Assembly (NCBI GenBank): GCA_965235115.1
Contig: OZ249436.1
Span: 10,542,001-10,602,000 of the forward strand
Length of the DNA: 60,000 bases
From: Laetmonice hystrix
Taxonomy: Eukaryota
Direction of reading: 5' to 3'
Part shown: in pieces, positions 52,001 through 60,000 of the stretch
How the letters are laid out: the number at the start of each line of letters is the position of its first letter
Numbering within the stretch: position 1 is the stretch's first letter
The notes under the pieces: model-generated
Databases searched by the model: none
What the model saw: only the letters and a program-made list of their open reading frames with translations
Told to the model about the DNA's origin: nothing
Program-made: the position numbers and the translations under genes

Positions 52001-55000
52001 GCACATAAATCAGTCCTCATATTGAGAGGCTGTGGTAGATATTGTGGACCATAAAGTGTCCAGAAAGTTACAGTCACATGTATTGGGAACAATGCTCGCT
52101 TTTGTGTCACTTAATGCATGCCTTAATAATATATCTCTGATGCCCCTTAACGTCAATACACGAAGACATGTCACAATAAATATGTGTGGCAATCCCATGG
52201 AGATGTCATTCATTAAATTACACTCTCTGTTCGCAGTTTATTGCCATTTTTCTTTGTTCTTTCTGTCCTTTTTTTTTGCCGAACACCGCGTTGTAACCCG
52301 TTTGTTCACAAGATTAAGAGTTGACAAAAAAGCGAAAACTTTCTCAAACTCATACTTTTTGCCAGCTTCAATGATGTGAACCCACAATTGACGACTGTAA
52401 TCCCATTCCACAGTGGTCTGATCAACCCTGATCTAGGACACTGCCTCTCTGTTTGGCAAAAGGAAATTGGACACCAGCTGGGGTCCAGAACGCCATTGAT
52501 TTTTCCAGTAATTCCTAAGAAGACCGTCACAGGAAAGGGCTGTTTCCTGGAGGCCCCTGCCAACCTGGTCACTGTCGCTCCACCTGAAGTGAAAATGTTT
52601 GTATCTGATCAACATCGGAACATTGACTTCTTGTCTTTTATGTTTGTTACTGTCAGAAGCTGAGAGACCTGGCTTGGAGAATTGCAGCCACGCAACAAAT
52701 CTGGAGAGATGGGACTAGATATCTACGATAGCATCTTTTCAGAAGTAATTTAAGCTAGTTCGAAACGAGTCTTTAAATACAACCGATCAGTATGCCTGAC
52801 TTCCATCAACCTAAGCGTATGCTTCATCCGCAAGAGAACATCTACTACAGACATGTCACTAGAAGAAAGATTGTCCGTTAATACTCCGGACTCTATAGAA
52901 TCTCAAGGCTGATTAAACAGCTACTGTGCTACAGTTCTGTTTACCATATAACTTGCTCCATCACTTAGAAACCGACATTTCCTCTTGAAGGCTTCTAAAA
53001 GATTGCTTTAACTTGGATGATTGAAGACGCTTTTTTATCGGATCTGCAATTTACTGCGCAAGTTTTTTTCTGTGAAGTCTGGAACATAAAAGGCCAAAAT
53101 ATCTGGAAAAGAAAACGAAAGACAAATTGACAGCATTGTAAGGATGAGTTTTAGGACAGTGTCTGGCTCGCTGGCCCCTGTCCCTCTTGCTGCGTCTCAA
53201 GTTCCTAATTTGTATACTCGTCAATCACATGAAGAGATATGGCAATGGGTGGTGGAGACGGGCAGCCAGTGCCCGGCCTCCTGCAGTGTGACATGTCTGT
53301 GCCTTCCCCGTTCCAGACACAGCTCGAGTCCATCATTTGCTAGCCTGTCTCATCATATTCAATCATACACTGAGAGCCAGCATCATTGGCGCACGCCGCG
53401 CAGCCGGCATGCCCTTGGAACCTTTGAGGGCCTCTTGGCCTTCAATAGGACGATGTCTTCAGTTTGTCTGGGTCTGACACCCCCGAGGTGAAGCCAATAT
53501 GCACGCACCGTGTGGACCATTGTTGCAAAGGTCTTTAGCACATTATAATCGCACCAACAAAGTATAGCCACGAGGCAGACTTGGCATAATTATAGGAAAG
53601 GGAAATTAAGAAAGGTCGTGGGAAGACAAACCGTGTTTCCTTCTGAATGGAATAGATTAATATTTCATTGTCAGCTGTTCTGACTGAGGAGGTACAGGTA
53701 ATTCTGACTGATTGCCTAAGTTTGAAATGATATATAAGGTTAATTCGACCAGATTTCGTGCTAGATCCTAGCTAATGCATTCGGACTGAGCACCATTTCC
53801 ACCAAACACTATACGTTGAATAGAGAAAGGTCTTCTCTTGGGAAAGGAAGCTAGTTTGAAAGCCGTTAATAGAATGATGGATTTGGAGGTATAACCTTGG
53901 AAACCTCCTAAGTTACCTTTATCTAAACATCCTTCCAGTAAACGCCATCAACTTTCCAGACTTACTATCGCACTGACTCGTTTCATCGTCCAAACAGAAA
54001 AAAGGTGGTTATTATCACCTTCATCAATGTCGTTAACTACCTCAATCGTAGGCTTAACAAGATTCAGCTAGACTAGGCACGGAGTTTGATAACTTAAACC
54101 CAACTTTTTACCACTAGCCCGGACTAGTGCTGTGTTAACTTGTACTAGTTCACCACTTTCAGCAGCTAGTCCGCACATTTGCATTCATTACTTGCACCAG
54201 CCCACAGCTGGGTGTTAAGGGTCGCTCAATCTACACATTTGATACGAGGAACATCATAAAAACACACAATGCTATCTATTCCTCGCATAATTCTCTCTGG
54301 TTCTGCATGAGCATACAAGCTAGAGATTCCTACTTATCTCATAGCTAGCTGCCTGAACCTCACCTAACGGTGAGTGCGGAGGGCTTGTGATTGCACCTCT
54401 CATCAAGAGAGAAGTAAAGGACTTGCCTTTGTTTACTGATACATTTTATGAATCCAATGGCCTGCCAAAATAGTGTCGACTACAGAATTTTATTGAAAGA
54501 TGCTCATTCTCCTGACAAGAAACTAAATCGCTACCGGCATGAGACATGTAGCCAACATCGTCCAGCCGAGACCTGCCGTCCGTGGAATAAAAAGCCACGT
54601 CCGTCGGACTAGTTTAATGCATTTGCTCGGCTCTTGGAGGTAGCCCGGCAGAAAAAACGCTAGTCCCGGGCGTCGGACTACCGGATTTTTTGACACCTGA
54701 TACAGAAAAGCATTTTCGTAATAGTATCTCCATACTTGATGAGATTGAGCAAATCTGACAGTCAGCCATCACGGGGTGCACATGTCAAACCATTATACGA
54801 TAAGTCGTCACATCTCTGTTGAAAAGCACACAAACACGTTTTTGTGTAAAAGTTGTAGTGTCACGAGGGCCATAGATTCGGAAGGAACAACAGGTAAACC
54901 CCTCAGCCAAATTCACAATTTTCGTGGGAGTTACATTGATTAGCTGTCAACGTCACCATGGCCAATTACAATGGAGTTCTAGAGGTGAGGAGAATGTTAA

Positions 55001-56591
55001 GGCCCCGGTTGTGGCCTGGAAAAGCACAAACAACTGTTAATTTGCTCCCTAAACTTGGACACAGGCCACCCCATTGGTTCTCTGCCAGCAAGACCTTGGC
55101 CAACTGCCTGCCAAACCACTAACAAGTGTAGATCAATTGTGAAGTATTTTTAGAAAATGTGAAGCAACTATCCAGAATAAGCTACACTTGATCTTTATTT
55201 AGAATGACCACTAATGATTGCCACAAAGTGTGTTGATTGAAAGTGGTTGTAATAAAGAGTATCCATAGAAGTGCTTCATAGGTTTTTAGCCCTCAACCCG
55301 AATGGACGGGGAGCTTCTAATTCTCCGTCCGTCGCGCCGTCCGTCCGTCCGTAGACAGCGATTTCTCAGAAATGTATGGGTCACATTGTATGAAACTTTA
55401 CACAGTAATCAGGAATAATGAGGATGATGTACGTGAAACAGATTTTTAATATTAGTTAAAATGGCCGCTGGGCAGCCATCTTGGATGTAAGCACATTTCG
55501 AGCAATAACTCAAACAAACAATCTGGATTTCTTTCAGATTTGACTTCAGATAGGAAGTCATATGTGAAGTTTCACTTGGCGTCATTTTCCATGATCTTGA
55601 GAGACATAAAAAGCTCAATCAAGGTCATGCATATTTTCAGTGGCCTGTATCTCCAACATAATCTTGCATGAAACATTAAACAATGATCAGGGACAATCCA
55701 AGGATGAGGCAGGTCAAACATTTTTGATATCAGTCAAAATGGCCGCTTGGCGGCTATCTTGGATAAAACACATTTAGAGCAACAACTCAGACAAAACGAT
55801 CCCGATTTCTTTCAAATCTGGTGTATATGAGGGGGAATACTAACGTATTCTTAGTTCAGCGCAAATATGGCGACATGGCGGCCATATATTTGTTTTTAGC
55901 GCCCCCCCCCCCCAATAACAGTTTTAGCTCATATCTCGAAAACAGTGCAAGATATTTATGTTATTGACAGATAGGAAGTCATATATGAAGACTAGTGTCG
56001 TTTGGCGCCATTTTCCATTACATTGAGCGACGTTGACAGGTCAATCATAATCGTGCATATTTTCAATGGCCTGTATCTCCGTTGAAGATAACGAAATAAT
56101 CTAGCATGAAACCTTACACAATGATCAGGGATAGTCTAAGGATGAGGCAGTGACTGTGATTCCGACAGGGTCTTGTTTAGTCATGTTCAACAAGGCATCC
56201 GTCTGGTTCTCTCCTATATCTTGCTCTTATTTATTTATTTTTTTTTTTTTTACACTGGCCGAATAACTTGGTATCGTTGTTGTATGCAGGGCACCGAACC
56301 CCCACAATATTGTGCTGCCTTACTGCCCCTTGCTAACTGAACTTGTGCATGTTACAGGTGCGCGTCCACTTCCGGTCACGGGCGTCGGCAGGCCTCGGGT
56401 CGGGGACGGCCGTCCCGCGTTCCTTGGATGACGTCACTTCCGTGGCAACGTCCGACAAGTGGCTTCGAGCACAGGAACGCTTCGATAAACTGATCCAGGG
56501 CGCTGCCACAGCCCTCCCTGTCCCTCCTGGGGAGGAGGGCGAAAAACCAACGTCTTTGTGGGTTCAAGGCGAAACGATGGACCCATCATAA
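34044..56591 (+). CDS. AGGF1: Angiogenic factor with G-patch and FHA domains 1, 12 coding exons, ~732 aa
   Basis: Exons: 34044-34359, 35966-36051, 36299-36430, 36755-36973, 37516-37990, 38500-38657, 38925-39026, 39507-39669, 39807-39889, 40406-40536, 40644-40743, 56358-56591. Contains a coiled coil, OCRE (GFIYDENSGLYYDNNSGYYYD), FHA (PPCIR..TIGRE..SKMHA..SQNGT..HIHPGSETCDSCEPG) and G-patch (SNKGHKMLEKMGWKEGQGLG..AGLG). A probable 5'UTR exon ends at 30878. Confidence 0.93.
37398..37470 (+). CDS. AGGF1: Candidate alternative (mutually exclusive) AGGF1 exon, VGDVETMTAALSILTLAQVEIPAL
   Basis: Strong acceptor (ttttttttaatcaacag) and donor (CTAG|gtaaat), 73 nt, open, phase 0 to 1 like the 475-nt exon 45 nt downstream. 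Confidence 0.6.
41290..41445 (+). mobile_element. Degenerate SINE body/tail
   Basis: GGTTTCCTC..CCAC..AAACTGACTGC..GATATGACC resembles the 3' half of lophotrochozoan RUDI/V-type SINEs (from recall, not from a search). Confidence 0.4.
43661..43810. mobile_element. Poly-G MITE with 5-bp TSD, inserted in a decayed exon
   Basis: Termini CAGGGTGTAG / CTAAACCCTTG; exact TSD tgcct. Confidence 0.75.
44019..44285. mobile_element. Poly-G/C MITE with 5-bp TSD
   Basis: TIR CAAAGGCGGATCCAG / CTGGATCCGCCAGTG; exact TSD ctaag. Confidence 0.85.
45529..45787. mobile_element. Poly-G MITE with 5-bp TSD
   Basis: TIR CAGGGGCGGATCCAGG / CCTGGATCCGCGCCTG; exact TSD aacgg. Confidence 0.9.
47648..48099. mobile_element. 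Harbinger-like non-autonomous element
   Basis: Imperfect TIR TGCCGCATTCACACT / AGTGGGAATGCGACA after TTA; internal AATGCGCATT palindromes. Confidence 0.55.
49369..49508. mobile_element. Short MITE
   Basis: Imperfect TIR CAGGCCCTGGTTTTTAGTT / AACTAAAAAACGGGCCCTG; internal TCTTAAGA palindromes. Confidence 0.6.
49538..49640 (+). mobile_element. tRNA-derived SINE head
   Basis: Pol III box A-like GTGGCCGAGTTAG and box B GGTTCGATCC with a long spacer; no convincing cloverleaf. Confidence 0.55.
50135..50318. mobile_element. Poly-G/C MITE with 5-bp TSD
   Basis: TIR CAGGGTCGTAGCCTG / CAGGCTAAGGCCCTG; exact TSD gtgat. Confidence 0.85.
55283..56150. mobile_element. Non-autonomous Helentron/DINE-1-like element with internal tandem units (related fragment at ~51250-51660)
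   Basis: Starts TTTTTAGC followed by a (CCGT)n microsatellite, then repeated units AAAATGGCCGC..GGCAGCCATCTTGGA..CACATTT and GATAGGAAGTCATAT..GGCCTGTATCTCC. Confidence 0.65.
56358..56591 (+). CDS. AGGF1: Terminal coding exon of AGGF1, completing the G-patch
   Basis: Acceptor gttacag|GTG is in phase 0, matching the donor at 40743. It encodes VRVHFRSRASAGLGSG..KWLRAQERF..WVQGETM, resembling the AGGF1 C-terminus as I recall it (AGLG..W.KARERF..WVKG). AATAAA at 56909-56914. Confidence 0.9.
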   Translation: MRVHFRSRASAGLGSGTAVPRSLDDVTSVATSDKWLRAQERFDKLIQGAATALPVPPGEEGEKPTSLWVQGETMDPS

Positions 56592-57592
56592 TGTCTTACA
56601 GTCAGAACGCCTAACATGCATACGGTTATACATGGAGCCTTGTCTAGATAGGTCTACCTACGAAAGTGGGAAAACAGTAAGAGGCCTGTCCGCAAAAAGT
56701 TAAGGCGATTCACACCTCGTAAAACCTTCACACTCAGATCATGATACTTTACCGTTGTTTATGGACAAAAGTTGGCAGTACTTATTCCCAAGGAAGGTCT
56801 CTGGAATGGAAGCGTCGACCTTTGGAGCAAGTTTGTCTGTAAACACGCCGGGAGCAGAAAACGTACATGTACATAGTAATATTTCAGTGCTGCCGAGATA
56901 TATGAGATAATAAAATGTATTGATGTTGAGATCCTCCTTTTTTCTTTTCTTGGTCTCGTCCTTAAAATGCTTGTTTTCGCCAGAAAGAACACGAACTCAC
57001 TTTCACGTTTAAAAGTTCCAAGTTTCTCTCCCATAAAGCGAAGTTACAAGTTTCTAACAAACTAATTAGGAACGGCAAAAAGTGAATGTTGCATGCCAGT
57101 GTATGTGTACTCTTTTTATGGAGAGGGATTAAAGTTGTCTGCGTTTAACGGCAACTTTCTAGACTTCAGCCCTTTGCCGTTCATTTTATGTCACAGGGCA
57201 AAGCCGAGCGGCTAGCGAAAAAACGTGCCGTGTCTGGTCCTGCTGGAGTCTCAGACTGTCTAAGCCGAGTAATGCTCTGTCGCTTGTATTACACTCAATA
57301 CCAGCTGACACATGTCAGTGCATGCCGGCCGGGCTAATTGATAAACAACCAGCCAGTGGGAAGGAACGGTCTCATGGTTAGCCACCCATTTCTCCGCTTT
57401 CTGCTTGAGATAAATTCATTCCTCTTCTCTGTCTGGTCAGCTGGCCGTAGGATTTGTAGCTGAGTTTGGAGTGACGGCCATCCCCCGCGGAGGATGCTGC
57501 AGATGAGACATTCTGTCTGAGAGCAGTCCGACAATGAGTTCAACCAGGGAATGTCTCCGCACCAAATGTATTGTGCCAGTCGTTGGGTGATA

Positions 57593-58122
57593 GCTTTTCG
57601 CCACGTACACCTTGAGTTATCTCCTGCCCCTTGCTTTACGCCACGTACACCTTGAGTTATCTCCTGCCCCTTGCGTTTCGCCACGTACACCTTGAGTTAT
57701 CTCCTGCCCCTTGCTTTACGCCACGTACACCTTGAGTTATCTCCTGCCCTTGCTTTACGCCACGTACACCTTGAGTTATCTCCTGCCCTTGCTTTATGCC
57801 ACGTACACCTTGAGTTATCTCCTGCCCCTTGCGTTTCGCCACGTACACCTTGAGTTATCTCCTGCCCCTTGCTTTACGCCACGTACACCTTGAGTTATCT
57901 CCTGCCCTTGCTTTACGCCACGTACACCTTGAGTTATCTCCTGCCCTTGCTTTATGCCACGTACACCTTGAGTTATCTCCTGCCCCTTGCGTTTCGCCAC
58001 GTACACCTTGAGTTATCTCCTGCCCCTTGCTTTACGCCACGTACACCTTGAGTTATCTCCTGCCCCTTGCTTTATGCCACGTACACCTTGAGTTACCTCC
58101 TGCCCCTTGCTTTTCGCCACGT
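57593..58122. repeat. 39/40-bp minisatellite, 13 units plus a partial unit
   Basis: Unit CCACGTACACCTTGAGTTATCTCCTGCCC(C)TTGC(TTTAC/GTTTC/TTTAT)G starting at 57601, 57641, 57681, 57721, 57760, 57799, 57839, 57879, 57918, 57957, 57997, 58037 and 58077; no spacers. Confidence 0.97.
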
Positions 58123-60000
58123 CCGCGAATGCACGTATGCCCAATAGGCCCCCTTTTCATGTACTACTAGGTTTTATCCATGTGCTGCAGAACGTGGTAC
58201 TCGTTTTAAATCGATGTCTTGTGATCCAAAAAGGTGGAATAAAGCTTTCTGGCCCCTTCCGTAACGAAAATCTCTACACATGCAAGACCCAGTTTTCAGT
58301 TCGCAGGTGCCTGATTGGCTGGTTCAGTGAAACCTACACTCGGAAACCTCCGTGTACAGGTTTCGAGTACCACGATTGGCCGTAATCTGTGAACCAAACA
58401 GTGAGGCCTGGAACGAGCAATGCGCTCCGTCCGGACGTAATCTAATTGTTTATGACCCCACGGAGGTCGATATAGGCCTACCACGATATCCCCGACAGTA
58501 GGACCATTGACTTAGATCCCAATAGGTTTACAACTGAAGAATAGGTCTGTGCCTATAGGCTACATGTGGTAATTGTCCGACATTGGAATCCCAGGGACAC
58601 ATGGAAAAGCTTACCTCGCCATAGACCTGCTGGGCCATGAAGACATCATCTGCCACCGGGCTAAGGTGCTATCCTACATGCAAAGTCGGGGATGGGGCTT
58701 TGATCCCTGGTCCTGCTAGTCAGTTTTAAGCGAGTGGTGAGTTTTTCGGCCAACAATATACATTTATATTTTTTTGAATTTTGCCATTAACTCCGGTCAT
58801 ATTCGGATCTTCACTTCCGGGACTTCTTTTTGGAAAAACCTGATCCGCCTCTGAAGAAAAATAGTTGCCTAAACGGCAAATTTACGAAAATGTTGATATT
58901 GCCTTAAATCATAATATATTCTGTTTTATCAATCATTGGCAAACTGAGTGGGAGCATGGGCTCAATCCCCCCCCCCCCCCCCCGCCAATGCGTCCAGGGG
59001 TATTATGAGAAGAGTATACTCTGGCAATACATGTGAAAACCGTGAAATTTCAGGTTCTCTCTTTCGATCACAAACCGCATACAGCCCTCTATAATTATGT
59101 CATATAACCCTGTATTAACTGGACCGGCTGGTGTTGACAAGTTGATAGCAGTCGTACAGGCCTCACGGACATCAGATCGCTATCTGTGGGTGAATGGGAT
59201 TATAATAGGTTCTTCTGACAGTTCCATGTCAAGTTCTTGACAACTTGACAGCGGCGACGTTCTTGGCATGGAAAGGAAATCAACCATGATGATGGTTTTC
59301 AACGGGGCATTATTGGTCGTTACAGACGCATTTTATTTGTAACCCAGGGATAAATTTGGTAGAATCAGGCAACTTCTCAAGAAACGTATCAAGCTGAACA
59401 TTAATTAATTAATACGATGATAATCATAGTATGAGATTCCCCCGCACGAGGAAAACGTCTTTATTAGCAATCAGCGAGATTATCAGGAACTCCCGGTAGG
59501 TGGCACCTCGGCCGTTTGTTTTCTTTCCTTATTTCGGCTTGAATGAGGTTTCTGCAAGTTGAGGGGCCTAAATAATATTTAACCCTTTTTATGCGGCTTC
59601 TTTCAGGCAGCTCTATCGAGCTTTATTTTAGGAATAACACAAAAGGAAGAAAACTACGAAGCCATACCCTGCCCCCGGGCAGAGTTTCTAAATACATGTA
59701 GCAGGGTATGCTCCCTTCCTACATTCCTGTTAGACGGGTATAGGAACCCTTCAACAATTACCCAGTTGTCATGGAAATGCAAGCTAGTCGGAGAGAAGAC
59801 TTCCTCAGGGAAAGGGGTATACATTATCTTCAGTACTTGGGTGTAATTAGGCATCAAGATGGTCCTCTCCGCTTTCATGTTATCCTTGACAAGGCCACCC
59901 ACCCCTGTACTTGTCCTCACACGCAGTGGAGGCTGTTGCACTATACACAGGTCCATACTGTATATTGTCCACGTCACAGTCTGTTACCCCAGTGGGGTTG

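Larger units (their letters stand above)
41800..60000 (-). pseudogene. Decayed multi-exon gene of unknown identity, antisense to and interleaved with AGGF1 (runs off the window end)
   Basis: Series of minus-strand segments, most bounded by splice sites, with open or nearly open frames: >60000-59668, ~59393-59083, 58712-58615, 58386-~57334, 56836-56753, ~54461-54364, ~54070-51830, ~50884-50433, 49033-48642, 48552-48253, ~46925-46500, ~44530-44339, ~43898-42808, 42626-42529, 42332-42142. They carry in-frame stops, frameshifts and MITE or minisatellite insertions. Protein family not recognised. Confidence 0.55.

Noticed and set aside
51830..54070. Decayed LINE/LTR polyprotein
   Set aside because: No RT (YxDD), endonuclease, RNase H or integrase motifs seen by eye, and neighbouring segments have splice sites. 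It cannot be fully excluded without a profile search.
57657..58051. Repetitive ORFs (e.g. QGQEITQGVRG, YATYTLSYLLPL)
   Set aside because: Mixed 39/40-bp units shift frame repeatedly; these ORFs are by-products of the array.
57593..58122. CRISPR-like array
   Set aside because: Units are head-to-tail with no unique spacers, there are no cas genes, and the context is eukaryotic. It is a minisatellite.

Overview
Eukaryotic genomic DNA from an invertebrate bilaterian (lophotrochozoan-like repeats and intron structure; the taxon is my inference). The first 41 kb holds six intron-containing conserved genes in three head-to-head pairs: NME5(-)/AAGAB(+), TIPIN(-)/GKAP1(+) and MCEE(-)/AGGF1(+). I reconstructed their exons by hand, with consistent intron phases. 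AGGF1 has a 15.6-kb last intron that splits its G-patch domain, and its terminal exon lies at 56358-56591. That intron and the sequence beyond it carry remnants of a large, unidentified, multi-exon minus-strand gene with stops, frameshifts and insertions, so the two genes appear interleaved. Other notable points: an Asp in place of the NDPK phospho-accepting His in NME5; a candidate pair of mutually exclusive exons in AGGF1; a GC-AG intron in TIPIN; a 39/40-bp minisatellite with higher-order structure inside a decayed exon; and many MITEs with clear 3-, 5- or 6-bp target-site duplications. No rRNA, intact tRNA, CRISPR array or intact autonomous transposon was seen.
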